Virus record (IMG/VR): IMGVR_UViG_3300045988_145033
Location: 64,001-128,000 of that record
From: a virus
DNA: 64,000 nucleotides
Direction: 5' to 3' (one strand)
The notes below the pieces were generated by a model. That model was not told the origin of the DNA, did no database searches, and saw only the letters and a program-made list of their open reading frames with translations. A program made the translations under genes and the position numbers. Every line of letters starts with the position of its first letter. The first letter of the stretch is position 1. Shown here piece after piece: positions 1 through 8,721 of this stretch.

Positions 1-1035
1 TCTTGCTTGTTTATTAATAAAGTCTTGAGTTGTTCCAAATACTCTTTCTACCTTTTTAGCAATTTTATCTAGTCCAAATAGTTTATTAAGCTGATTGTCT
101 ATAGCAAAGGCACGAAGTGCTGCAAATGGATTTGAACCGAATGCTTGCATAAGCATAGGAAGTGCAGCCATAGCAAGTCCCCAAGTTCCTTGAAACTTTT
201 CTTGGTCGATAGCTCTACCTAATTCTCCACCTAAAGCCTTTACACCTTGTCCCATTTCCCCTTTACGAATAGCTTTATACCATTCTGGAATATAGTCTCC
301 ACCTCTATCATCTTCTTTATTTATCTTAGGTAAATAGTAATCTGATAGCATTTCTTTTAATGCTTTATGCTCTGTAAGCATCTCTGTTTGTATAGCAAGT
401 AACTTTTGTTGTATACCGACAGATTGAGTTAAGCTATCAGCCATAGTTCTATAATACATTTCATTTTTAAGCATTTGAGATTTAATATCAGAACTTGTAG
501 CTACGAGTGTATTATTTATGGAAGTTGCTGTTTGCATAAATCCTTCCATCATCATCTTTTGCGATGCTTTAGTACCACCTTGTATACTTTTAGATAATCT
601 TCCTACAGCGGCATATGTCGCTATACCGTTGGTAGCACCAACGGAAGGAGAGCTTTGTGAACTACTATCAGAAGACTCGCTATCTCTACTCGAATCCCCA
701 CTCTCGAAGAAAAAGTCATCTTCACCAAAATCAAAGTCTGCATCAAGTCCATACATCTCATCTTCAGATTTATAGAATTTACCAGATTTAAGTCCAGCAA
801 ACGCATTCTTTGTAAGAGATGATACGAATTGATAAAGAGATGATTGTTTTATTTTATTTTTAATTCCGGAAAAACCAGACGTATTTCTACTATCATTAAA
901 CGCCTTATATCCAGCACGAACGTCTTTTGAGAAATTCATAGTATTTCCAAATGTATCTGACATATAATCAGCATACACATTTCTCATTGACATCTTGGCG
1001 TTATACATATAAGTCGATTCTTTTTTACCAGCCAT
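1..1035 (-). CDS. Partial CDS (N-terminal ~345 codons; gene continues past the window start). Putative virion internal protein with an acidic Ser/Asp-rich segment (FDFGEDDFFFESGDSSRDSESSDSS) and a Gly-rich helical region.
   Basis: ATG at ~1035 preceded by AAAGGAGG. The minus-strand frame stays open to position 1. Composition resembles the 12748..14679 product. Confidence 0.6.
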   Translation of the reverse strand, partial: MAGKKESTYMYNAKMSMRNVYADYMSDTFGNTMNFSKDVRAGYKAFNDSRNTSGFSGIKNKIKQSSLYQFVSSLTKNAFAGLKSGKFYKSEDEMYGLDADFDFGEDDFFFESGDSSRDSESSDSSSQSSPSVGATNGIATYAAVGRLSKSIQGGTKASQKMMMEGFMQTATSINNTLVATSSDIKSQMLKNEMYYRTMADSLTQSVGIQQKLLAIQTEMLTEHKALKEMLSDYYLPKINKEDDRGGDYIPEWYKAIRKGEMGQGVKALGGELGRAIDQEKFQGTWGLAMAALPMLMQAFGSNPFAALRAFAIDNQLNKLFGLDKIAKKVERVFGTTQDFINKQAR

Positions 1036-1093
1036 TAAATTACCTCCTTTAAAAGCTTATTTCATCAAAAAAATGTTTCTGACGAGTTTAAAT

Positions 1094-1111
1094 GGTAGGC
1101 TTTCGCCTACC
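1094..1111 (-). terminator. Rho-independent terminator hairpin GGTAGGC-tttc-GCCTACC
   Basis: Perfect 7-bp stem followed by a T-rich run on the minus-strand transcript. Lies between the stop of 1121..3538 and the next gene start. Confidence 0.6.
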
Positions 1112-1120
1112 AAAATATAC

Positions 1121-3538
1121 TTATTCTTCTTGCCCTTCTTCTTTAAGATTATCTTTAAATGTAAGTTTATGAACTTTCCATTTTTCTTCAATTTGTTCAA
1201 GCTCTTCTGAATGGTCGTATGCTGGGAATAGTTCTTTTATAAGCTCTCTTCTTATAAATAGTTTCTTCTCAGCAGATAATGTGTCTTCTTCTCCATAATA
1301 CATTTTCATTATATTATTTAAACTTTCTTCAAACTTCTGAGCATTTTCGTTAGATATATTAGAAGTTAAAAGTTTAGGAACAGGGAATGTTATATCAACA
1401 TGTGTATCATCTTCTCCAGTTTCATATCTTGCTATCTTAGTTGCAAGTTCTGTAGCCATAGGAGCATAATGCACTTGAAGATTAGTTATCATTTGTACAA
1501 GTCTTCCGTCTTGAGCTATAATAGATGTAGCATAATCGTATGTCTTTTCTGCTTGATTAAGAGTTGACATAGGGAAACCTACTATATCTTCTATTATAGT
1601 TTCAAGGTTTTTCATAAAATCATCATTTGAATTATCATACTTTTGACCTTCTATTCTGTCTACTGAGAATAACTCATTACCAGCTTTATCCACAGGAATT
1701 AAAAGTCTTCCAATAGTTGCCATAGATGAGTGTACTCTTGTGAAATCTGTAAGCTCAGACGGTAGCGGAAATAAATCTGTAAATATCTCCATGGCATCAT
1801 TTCTATCATTGAATAAGCTTTGTGCAAAAGTAGTTCTGTATTTTATAGCAAGTTTATCCTTTTCATAGAATAGTTTTGTCATCATCTTATCTTGTTGTAA
1901 AAGTGTCCAGAATAGAATAGGAATTCTTGCGTATAAAAGTTTAGATTTTCCTATACCATTATTTGATTCTTCATTTTGAAAAGGAACTAAATATTTTCTA
2001 GGTATAAATCTTATTCTAAATTGAGACTTATACATATCGTTTTCTTCTAGCACTTTAAGCATAGAACCTAGTATTCTTCTATTTTCTGTAACGAAGTTAG
2101 CATCCATATGCTCAGTTAATATATTAGAAAGTCCTTCTATTATATCCTTTCTTACTATAGGATTATCTTTGTAATCTCCACTATCTCCAAACTTATTAGA
2201 ACCTAATACGTTATTTATAGTATTAGAATATGATTTATTAGCAGCATAATCCATAAATGTATCTATATAGTAAACTCCTATAAGTTCCTTATTTACTATA
2301 ACTGGATAAGTCTTCTCATCATCAAGAGGAGATACATAACAACCAGTCATATCTTTTATCTTAGATTTTCTTTTAGACTTTGTACTTCTTTTAAGCTCAG
2401 CCAGTGCCTTTTTGTATTCAGCATCATCAGTTGCTTCAGCATATAGTTTACTTATTTTAGCTTGTTTTACAACTTCTCTTTTATCAGCTCTTGTTGTCAA
2501 AAAGCTTTCATTTGACTCTCCCATAAGTCTCATATGAATACTATGAGCTATCTTTTCTTTATGATTAGGAGAATATACAGATTCTGTAAAGAATTGAGAA
2601 GCTAACTTTTCTTTTGTTTCCACACTCTTGTCTATAGGTTTTGCAAATGATTCCGAATAAGTCTCGTAAACTCTACTATATTTTCCCATACCAAAAGCTT
2701 CATCTATAGCATCGTATAGAGTTGACATTATCTCTCTTCTTTGAGTAGAAGTTCCATTATATGATTCTCTATATAGTTTTACATAATTTGCAGGAATTAC
2801 GATATTTTCACTTTCTCCATAAAAAACTACGTCTTCTATCTTATCTATATGAGACATACCATAAAGTTGTGGTTGCCCACCCGGTATAACTCTTTGTCCT
2901 TGAGCCATCTTACCCTCTATTATTTGTCTTTGCTCAACCTTACTTCCTGATACTCTATCAAGTAATTTCTTTGCTACATTTTGTAAAGGTATGAGTTCTA
3001 TAAATCTATAACCTAGCTCTAAACTTGCAAGTATGCTATCGTTTACAAGTTTATATAAACCTCTTTCTTCAAGTATTGCATTTATATCAGATTGTGTAAA
3101 AGCACTATCAGATTTTAAATAAATGTCTTGTATAAGTTCTTCTTCTGAGTAGTTATCAGGAGACATAATAAATTTAGTTAGGTTTGCAAATGTATTATGT
3201 AGCTGAGGCATTTGAGTAAGCATATAGTTTGACTCACGAATAAGTCTAGTTCTTTCATTATAAGGAATAGAGTGTACATATCTTTTACCCATATTCTCCA
3301 TAACTTCTACAAATTGATTTTCAAGGTCAGTTTCCTTTCCTCTTATTCTTGAACGTGCTTCTACTATATTACCTTGTCCTGCTGTTGATTCTATTGACGA
3401 TTGTACAAAATTAAAGCCTATATCATCTGAACTATCCATAAGCTTACCTATATCTGTAGTAATACCAAAAACTTTAGACGTCGTTTTATCCCTAAGTTTT
3501 AGGTATTGTTCTTCATTCTCTTGTCTATTAAGTGGCAT
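1121..3538 (-). CDS. Hypothetical 805-aa protein immediately downstream of the PolB-like gene. It might carry the missing polymerase motifs of a split PolB, but this is unproven.
   Basis: Long ORF with RBS AAAGGAGG and its own AACA-N6-TA promoter. No confident motif match (LYGM and YIDTF only weakly resemble PolB motifs B/C and are in the wrong spacing). Confidence 0.75.
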   Translation of the reverse strand: MPLNRQENEEQYLKLRDKTTSKVFGITTDIGKLMDSSDDIGFNFVQSSIESTAGQGNIVEARSRIRGKETDLENQFVEVMENMGKRYVHSIPYNERTRLIRESNYMLTQMPQLHNTFANLTKFIMSPDNYSEEELIQDIYLKSDSAFTQSDINAILEERGLYKLVNDSILASLELGYRFIELIPLQNVAKKLLDRVSGSKVEQRQIIEGKMAQGQRVIPGGQPQLYGMSHIDKIEDVVFYGESENIVIPANYVKLYRESYNGTSTQRREIMSTLYDAIDEAFGMGKYSRVYETYSESFAKPIDKSVETKEKLASQFFTESVYSPNHKEKIAHSIHMRLMGESNESFLTTRADKREVVKQAKISKLYAEATDDAEYKKALAELKRSTKSKRKSKIKDMTGCYVSPLDDEKTYPVIVNKELIGVYYIDTFMDYAANKSYSNTINNVLGSNKFGDSGDYKDNPIVRKDIIEGLSNILTEHMDANFVTENRRILGSMLKVLEENDMYKSQFRIRFIPRKYLVPFQNEESNNGIGKSKLLYARIPILFWTLLQQDKMMTKLFYEKDKLAIKYRTTFAQSLFNDRNDAMEIFTDLFPLPSELTDFTRVHSSMATIGRLLIPVDKAGNELFSVDRIEGQKYDNSNDDFMKNLETIIEDIVGFPMSTLNQAEKTYDYATSIIAQDGRLVQMITNLQVHYAPMATELATKIARYETGEDDTHVDITFPVPKLLTSNISNENAQKFEESLNNIMKMYYGEEDTLSAEKKLFIRRELIKELFPAYDHSEELEQIEEKWKVHKLTFKDNLKEEGQEE

Positions 3539-3569
3539 ATTATTTCCTCCTTTTGAGTTACTTTAAAAC

Positions 3570-3581
3570 TAAAGTGGTGTT
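3570..3581 (-). promoter_or_regulatory. Late-type promoter motif AACA-CCACTT-TA-GTTTTAAAG upstream of 1121..3538
   Basis: Matches the window-wide consensus AACA-N6-TA-G(A/T)TTAAAA, located ~35 nt upstream of the RBS. Confidence 0.5.
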
Positions 3582-3584
3582 TGT

Positions 3585-3606
3585 GATACTCCCGCTAGGG
3601 AGTATC
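3585..3606. terminator. Hairpin GATACTCCC-gcta-GGGAGTATC overlapping the PolB-like stop codon
   Basis: Perfect 9-bp inverted repeat followed by T-rich sequence. Confidence 0.55.
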
Positions 3607-6012
3607 ATATTGTAGGGTTTTACTTTCTATAGATATATGAAAATTACCAACTTTTGGAACTTTTACATCATACTCAAATACGAATACATCATCAGAATGT
3701 ACAGTACAAGTAACTTCATCTGACAGGAATATATGCGTTCTTGCCGTTACATCTATCTTCTTATTATCCATTTTAATAGTAGTTATAATATTAGGATTTT
3801 TAGATACTTCATCTATTGTATCTTTATTTATGAATTTACAAGATACTATTTCTTTCTTTAAAAATCTATTAGGTTTTATATAGTCTTCTATATGGTTTTT
3901 ATATTCACCATCTATTTTAACTATATAACCGTCTTCATCTTCTTTTAAAGTAAATAATTCTCCTAATGATTTATAAGGAAATTTACTATCGGGAGTGAAT
4001 GTAACTTCATATAGTGAACCATTTATAACTTGACGAGATACATTATTTCTTATATGAAATGATGATAAATTAGATACAACTCCCGCTTTAATATCAGAAG
4101 CATCTACTTTTGTATTATCAAGTCTTCCTAAAACCTTTCTTACAGCTTCGGCATATTTAAACTCATCTTTTCCTAAGAATAATGTATATGCTGGAGTTTC
4201 TTCTCTTACATATGGTTTATTTGTAGCTATATTATATGTAAACGATGCTATCTCTTTTGCTGTAGGAAGATTAAAGAATGCTGTTCCTATTATATCTACG
4301 TCTTTATCAATAAGTGCTTGTATCCCTTTTTCTACAGGTATTTCCTTTTCTTCATTTAGTTCTATTTTTTCTATTCTACCGTCTAAGCTATCTTTTGATA
4401 CATTAGTGTGCTCAACTATCATAGGATACATAGACAGAGCATCTGCGTCCATGACTTTATTTAAGAATTTATTATTAGGTAAATCATCTAAAAATGGAGT
4501 CATTTCCTTTTTAAATTTATTAGGGTCAGAACATAATCCGCCTGCTATTTGTATTCTATTTGTAAGAACGTCATATGTACTTTCAATAGCATCATCTACT
4601 TCACGTAGTCTTTCTATTATTCTCTCAGCAGATTCATTCTTTGTCATAATAAGCTTATTAACATCATTAGACATTATATATCCCATTCTCTTACATAAGT
4701 GGAAGAATGTATTGGTAACTGAAGTCATAGGAGAGTAAACTCTATCAAACTCAGTTCTTACTATAAATCTTCTAGTTAAAAGTGAAGATATATCATCTGT
4801 CTTTATATCATTAAATGCCATAACTATAACGTCAATCATATTGTACATTACATAAACCCAATAATCTTCATAAGGAAGTTTACCGATAAAGTCAGTTATG
4901 TGAGCATATGATAGTTTACCAAAACCTAACTCATGCTTTGATATAGCGTCTAAGCTCTCTCTTTCTAATTGGTCTTGTGGACGAAGTCCAAAGTAACTTT
5001 GTTGTACATCTACTATCTTAGTAAAAGACTCTGAATTATAATTGTGTCTTCTCTTAGCGGCTTTAGGGTCTTCGTTTCTATAGTTAAAATCAAATCTATT
5101 TCCAACTTTAGGGTGACAGAATAGCTTATGCTGAGGAATTCCTAATTTGTCTGCTCTATATTGTGTATGACGAACGTCGTATACAGCATTAAATATTCCA
5201 AGATACATAGGTTTATAAACTTGTATCATTTGATACCAACTGTCTTCTATCATCTCTTTTTCTGTATTATACCAAGATATAATAATCTTCATTTCTTCTA
5301 CAATCTTTTTAAATCTAGGAGCTAGAAGATTTCTAGTTTTATCGTCCATTTGAGCTTCATCTATTATCTTTAAAAGCATAGATTTAAACTCATCTTTAAA
5401 TTTATCTTCATTTTCTTTTATTTCGTGAAGTCTTTTAAAATCGTCTCTTATTATAGAAAATACATGACAAGTATTTGTACTATCATCATAATAAGTAGAG
5501 CAGGTAATAGGTTGAAGTTCTTCTATATCTGTATTTAAAACATCAGTTTCTATATCGTAATAACCTTTCTTTAAATTCTTAATAGGTGGTAAGTCATTAT
5601 AATCCTTGACTCCATCTTTTTCTTCATAACCTAAACTATCAAGATAATCCATTATTGCTAAATCTTCTATAAATAAGTCTGAGCCAATAGTTCTTCTATC
5701 TAAGAAAATATGGTCATATTTTATCTTCTTTTCTTTAAGTCCTCTTTTAAACTTATCTCCCATATTTAAAATCTTAGCTATATCGAAACCTCTCCATTTA
5801 TAAGATACTTTTTGTATAACTAGATTACCAAGAGATATAGTCTCTCTATAGTAATCTGGAGCATCTCCCTTTACAAAGTAAGCTGGTACTTTAGGGTGCT
5901 TTATTTTCTTTACATATTGCTTACCAGTTTCTGTATCGTACATAAATATATTATAAACATCTTCATCTTTATTATAATATGAGTTATAGAATAAATCTTT
6001 TGCTTTCTCCAT
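3595..6012 (-). CDS. Family-B DNA polymerase-like protein: 3'-5' exonuclease domain plus palm motif A. Motifs B (KxxxNSxYG) and C (YGDTDS) are not recognisable.
   Basis: Exo I at YYDIETDV; Exo II at LGIFNAVYDV; Exo III at YNMIDV plus LDAISKHELGFGK. Motif A-like DADALSMYPMI. The track ORF starts at GTG (6021); ATG at ~6012 with GAGGTGA RBS is the more likely start. Confidence 0.55.
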   Translation of the reverse strand: MEKAKDLFYNSYYNKDEDVYNIFMYDTETGKQYVKKIKHPKVPAYFVKGDAPDYYRETISLGNLVIQKVSYKWRGFDIAKILNMGDKFKRGLKEKKIKYDHIFLDRRTIGSDLFIEDLAIMDYLDSLGYEEKDGVKDYNDLPPIKNLKKGYYDIETDVLNTDIEELQPITCSTYYDDSTNTCHVFSIIRDDFKRLHEIKENEDKFKDEFKSMLLKIIDEAQMDDKTRNLLAPRFKKIVEEMKIIISWYNTEKEMIEDSWYQMIQVYKPMYLGIFNAVYDVRHTQYRADKLGIPQHKLFCHPKVGNRFDFNYRNEDPKAAKRRHNYNSESFTKIVDVQQSYFGLRPQDQLERESLDAISKHELGFGKLSYAHITDFIGKLPYEDYWVYVMYNMIDVIVMAFNDIKTDDISSLLTRRFIVRTEFDRVYSPMTSVTNTFFHLCKRMGYIMSNDVNKLIMTKNESAERIIERLREVDDAIESTYDVLTNRIQIAGGLCSDPNKFKKEMTPFLDDLPNNKFLNKVMDADALSMYPMIVEHTNVSKDSLDGRIEKIELNEEKEIPVEKGIQALIDKDVDIIGTAFFNLPTAKEIASFTYNIATNKPYVREETPAYTLFLGKDEFKYAEAVRKVLGRLDNTKVDASDIKAGVVSNLSSFHIRNNVSRQVINGSLYEVTFTPDSKFPYKSLGELFTLKEDEDGYIVKIDGEYKNHIEDYIKPNRFLKKEIVSCKFINKDTIDEVSKNPNIITTIKMDNKKIDVTARTHIFLSDEVTCTVHSDDVFVFEYDVKVPKVGNFHISIESKTLQYDTP

Positions 6013-6056
6013 ATCAATCACCTCAAATCGCTGTTTTTCACATCTAAAATATTAAA

Positions 6057-6068
6057 AACACCAAATTA
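6057..6068 (+). promoter_or_regulatory. Late-type promoter motif AACA-CCAAAT-TA upstream of 6094..7137
   Basis: Consensus match in a 72-bp divergent region. A mirrored AACA-GCGATT-TG on the minus strand faces the PolB-like gene. Confidence 0.45.
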
Positions 6069-6093
6069 TTATAAAAATAAGGAGGTTTTATAA

Positions 6094-7137
6094 ATGCTTA
6101 TAATTCCTAGAAGTATAAGAAATACAAATGACACTTATGGTAGTGGATACTTTGGAACTTTAAAAGTATCCGTTGATAATACTAAGCAAATGTCTGAGAT
6201 AGAAAAGAAGTATGCACCTTATATAGCGAAGATGAATACTCTTGTTAAAGAAATAGATACAGAAATTAAAAAGTCTGAAAGAAGAGCAAAAGAAATACTT
6301 GAAGCTTTTCCTAAGAAAGTTGAGATAGAAACAGAGTCTACAAAAAATAGAGTTTCTTTATACACAACTAAGATGAATGCTTTAAAGACTATTATGGGTG
6401 CTATAAAAGAGATTAAAGAAACTGAAATGAAAGAGCAGAAAATGGTTTATGATATGACAGGGAAGAATGTAGATATTAAGGGTGGTAATGTCAATATGAA
6501 AGCAAACATTGCATCTTTATATGATTCTAATATAACTTCCGCTCCTAGAACTATACACTCTTTGCAAGGATATGGTAAACCAATACCTTCAAGTAATGGA
6601 GAATTTGTTCCTAATCCTACTACAGCACAAAATGTAGATAATAGCGATATGGTAGAAGAAGGAGCAATGGAAGAAAATTACTCAAGAGATGTAAAAACTG
6701 ACGGAGCTTTCACTTCTTTATTTGGGAAAGTAGAAACTCCTGATAGTTCTAAATATATTCAAGGTAATAATACTATGAAAGATTACGAAAAGGTTGATAA
6801 TAGATTCTCGTATGGTGCTGCACAAACTGGACTTAAAGCTAAGTATTTAGAAGATACAGAAGTTAAATGTCATTGGGACGATGACGAGAAGATAGGTTGG
6901 CTTAGAACTTATTCAAAAGACACAGGGAATATAGTATCAGAAGAAGCCTTTATTTCACCAGCATATCACGGAGTTTTAAATAAAATGGTATCAGGAGGAC
7001 TGACTTATGCTATATCTGAAACTGATGATACTTACTCTATCGTACCTGATAAAGTAGACAATGCTCCTATAGCTATAGTAGATGATTTACTTGAAACTTA
7101 TAAAAGACAAGATTTAAGAGATAGACTTAAAAAATAA
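6094..7137 (+). CDS. Hypothetical protein (347 aa), a lone plus-strand gene inside a minus-strand block
   Basis: ATG with AAGGAGG RBS. Flanked by a late-type promoter and a bidirectional terminator. Confidence 0.75.
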   Translation: MLIIPRSIRNTNDTYGSGYFGTLKVSVDNTKQMSEIEKKYAPYIAKMNTLVKEIDTEIKKSERRAKEILEAFPKKVEIETESTKNRVSLYTTKMNALKTIMGAIKEIKETEMKEQKMVYDMTGKNVDIKGGNVNMKANIASLYDSNITSAPRTIHSLQGYGKPIPSSNGEFVPNPTTAQNVDNSDMVEEGAMEENYSRDVKTDGAFTSLFGKVETPDSSKYIQGNNTMKDYEKVDNRFSYGAAQTGLKAKYLEDTEVKCHWDDDEKIGWLRTYSKDTGNIVSEEAFISPAYHGVLNKMVSGGLTYAISETDDTYSIVPDKVDNAPIAIVDDLLETYKRQDLRDRLKK

Positions 7138-7138
7138 A

Positions 7139-7157
7139 TGGTGGCGTGACGCCACCA
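7139..7157. terminator. Bidirectional terminator TGGTGGCG-tga-CGCCACCA
   Basis: Perfect 8-bp stem between convergent stops at 7137 (+) and 7160 (-), with A/T runs on both sides. Confidence 0.7.
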
Positions 7158-7159
7158 TA

Positions 7160-7471
7160 TTATTCTTCGACTAAATCAGCATTTGACTTATCTAAATCAA
7201 ATCCAGCATCTTTTAATACTCTTTTTAAAAACTCGTATCTTTCTAAATCAAACTTATCTAAAAAGCCTTCATCTTCGTTTCTTATTTCCATAGCATCAAG
7301 TACCCCTCTTACAACAGCTTGTCCAGCTATTTGAAATTCTGTATAGGGCAGTTGTTCTAGTGATTCTACAATAGTTGCTACAAGAGTAGTTATCTGCGAT
7401 AGAAGTCTTACATCGAACTTATGATTTATTTTTGTTGCTTGTGATGGCATATTAAAAACGTCCAGTTTCAT
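7160..7471 (-). CDS. Hypothetical acidic protein (103 aa)
   Basis: ORF with RBS AAGGAGAGTG. Last gene of the micro-protein operon. Confidence 0.6.
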   Translation of the reverse strand: MKLDVFNMPSQATKINHKFDVRLLSQITTLVATIVESLEQLPYTEFQIAGQAVVRGVLDAMEIRNEDEGFLDKFDLERYEFLKRVLKDAGFDLDKSNADLVEE

Positions 7472-7527
7472 AGTTATTTCACTCTCCTTAAAAAAAATAA
7501 AGGATGTGCAGTCCCTTATCTTTTGGT

Positions 7528-7626
7528 TTATAGACTTATGATAATAAGAACTACTACCATAAATCCAAGTCCGACAGTTACTACTTGGACTTCACTGTCA
7601 GACAAAATTGATTTTAAGTGTTTCAT
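7528..7626 (-). CDS. Micro-protein (~32 aa), single transmembrane helix: MKHLKSILSDSEVQVVTVGLGFMVVVLIIISL
   Basis: Its ATG overlaps the upstream stop in an ATGA arrangement. The hydrophobic C-terminal half is clear. Not in the track because it is under 60 aa. Confidence 0.45.
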   Translation of the reverse strand: MKHLKSILSDSEVQVVTVGLGFMVVVLIIISL

Positions 7627-7733
7627 ATTCTACCTCCCATAATCGCGTGTGCGATAGAATACAAAATTATTAGGACAATGATGATAAATACTGAAAACAT
7701 CTTGTCCTCTAAATCTAAATGTGGGGCTTTCAT
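7623..7733 (-). CDS. Micro-protein (~36 aa), single TM helix: MKAPHLDLEDKMFSVFIIIVLIILYSIAHAIMGGRI
   Basis: ATGA overlaps at both ends, indicating translational coupling with its neighbours. Confidence 0.45.
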   Translation of the reverse strand: MKAPHLDLEDKMFSVFIIIVLIILYSIAHAIMGGRI

Positions 7734-7984
7734 ATAGTCCACCCCACTACAATTAAACTAGCAAAGAATGCACATACAGAAAACAAACCGAAGTACATTT
7801 GTTTTCTTATTGCATCCTTTCTTTTACGAGCTACTATTTTTCTTCTAATAGCTCTATTCGCTCTGCATTCTTCAGAATGTTGATATGCAGAACGAGCTTT
7901 GTTGTAATTGGCATTTATTTCTTTTTCAAAAGGAACGTCTAGTCTCACTAGAACCACGCTCCTTTCATTGAAGCTATTGCACAA
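7730..7984 (-). CDS. Small tail-anchored membrane protein (84 aa or shorter) with a very basic N-terminus (RRKIVARKRKDAIRK) and a C-terminal TM helix
   Basis: Track ORF. Its stop is coupled (ATGA) to the next peptide. The true start may be internal. Confidence 0.55.
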   Translation of the reverse strand: MCNSFNERSVVLVRLDVPFEKEINANYNKARSAYQHSEECRANRAIRRKIVARKRKDAIRKQMYFGLFSVCAFFASLIVVGWTI

Positions 7985-8091
7985 GCAATTATTGCTATAG
8001 CAAAAGCTCCTAAAGAGATGATAGTACCATAAATGGTATCTAACTCTCTTTCTCTTTCCTTGTTATAAATTTTCTTTTCTTTCTTTTTCAT
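7948..8091 (-). CDS. Micro-protein (~47 aa): MKKKEKKIYNKERERELDTIYGTIISLGAFAIAIIACAIASMKGAWF (charged N-terminus plus TM helix)
   Basis: ATG at ~8091 with GGGAGGTAAAACT RBS, directly downstream of early module A. Confidence 0.45.
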   Translation of the reverse strand: MKKKEKKIYNKERERELDTIYGTIISLGAFAIAIIACAIASMKGAWF

Positions 8092-8092
8092 A

Positions 8093-8190
8093 GTTTTACC
8101 TCCCAAGGTATTAAATTTAGACGTCGGAACTCTTAAGCCCTCTTAAGTTTATTCCTTATCTCTACTTTTATTATATATAATTGAAATGAA
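8093..8190 (-). promoter_or_regulatory. Early-type promoter/leader module A (TTTCAATTATATATAATAAAAGTAGAGATAAGGAATAAAC ... hairpin CTTAAG-aggg-CTTAAG ... AAATTTAATACC-RBS)
   Basis: One of four near-identical ~100-nt copies (plus two degenerate ones), each directly upstream of an RBS. Contains a TATAAT-like box. Confidence 0.55.
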
Positions 8191-8203
8191 AAATGCAGAT
8201 ATT

Positions 8204-8713
8204 TTACAACTTTTTCTCAAGAGTTGCTTTAAATGATTTTGTACGTTCCTTTTCCTTATATCCAAGCTTCTCATATAGACTTCTCGCTTCGGTATTAAAG
8301 TCGTACACATCTAGCGATATAGTATTACAACCCTTTTCTTTAGCATAAACCGATGCTACATTCATAAGACGAGTCGCAACACCTTTTCCTCTTGCTTCAG
8401 GGGTTGTCCATAATGCACGAATATAACAAGTTCTCTTTTCTCTATCAGCTCTTATTTCTATAAATCCTACATAGACTGAACTTATAGAAGTCTTAAGAGA
8501 TGCTAGAAATACTGTACTATAATGAGTCTTAAAATCCTCTTTTATTCTATCAAGAAGGTCTCCCTCATCTTCTAAAGGAAAGGATACTCTATCAGCGTGA
8601 TACTTATATATTGCGTGATGAAATTTTAATAGTGTATCGCTATCTTTTATATTTGCTTCCCTTATTACTATTCTCTCAATCATATCATTTTGTGCTTCAC
8701 CGTATAATATCAT
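8204..8713 (-). CDS. GNAT-family N-acetyltransferase (169 aa)
   Basis: Acetyl-CoA-binding motif ALWTTPEARGKGVATRLM and a typical ~170-aa GNAT layout. Local GC is visibly higher than its surroundings. Confidence 0.7.
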   Translation of the reverse strand: MILYGEAQNDMIERIVIREANIKDSDTLLKFHHAIYKYHADRVSFPLEDEGDLLDRIKEDFKTHYSTVFLASLKTSISSVYVGFIEIRADREKRTCYIRALWTTPEARGKGVATRLMNVASVYAKEKGCNTISLDVYDFNTEARSLYEKLGYKEKERTKSFKATLEKKL

Positions 8714-8721
8714 AATATCAC

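Noticed and set aside
518-806. Track ORFs 518..775 (+) and 621..806 (-)
   Set aside because: Both lie inside the continuous minus-strand reading frame 1..1035, which has a proper RBS and start. The 621..806 ORF is an internal, mis-started fragment of that frame, and the plus one is a shadow ORF of an AT-rich coding region.
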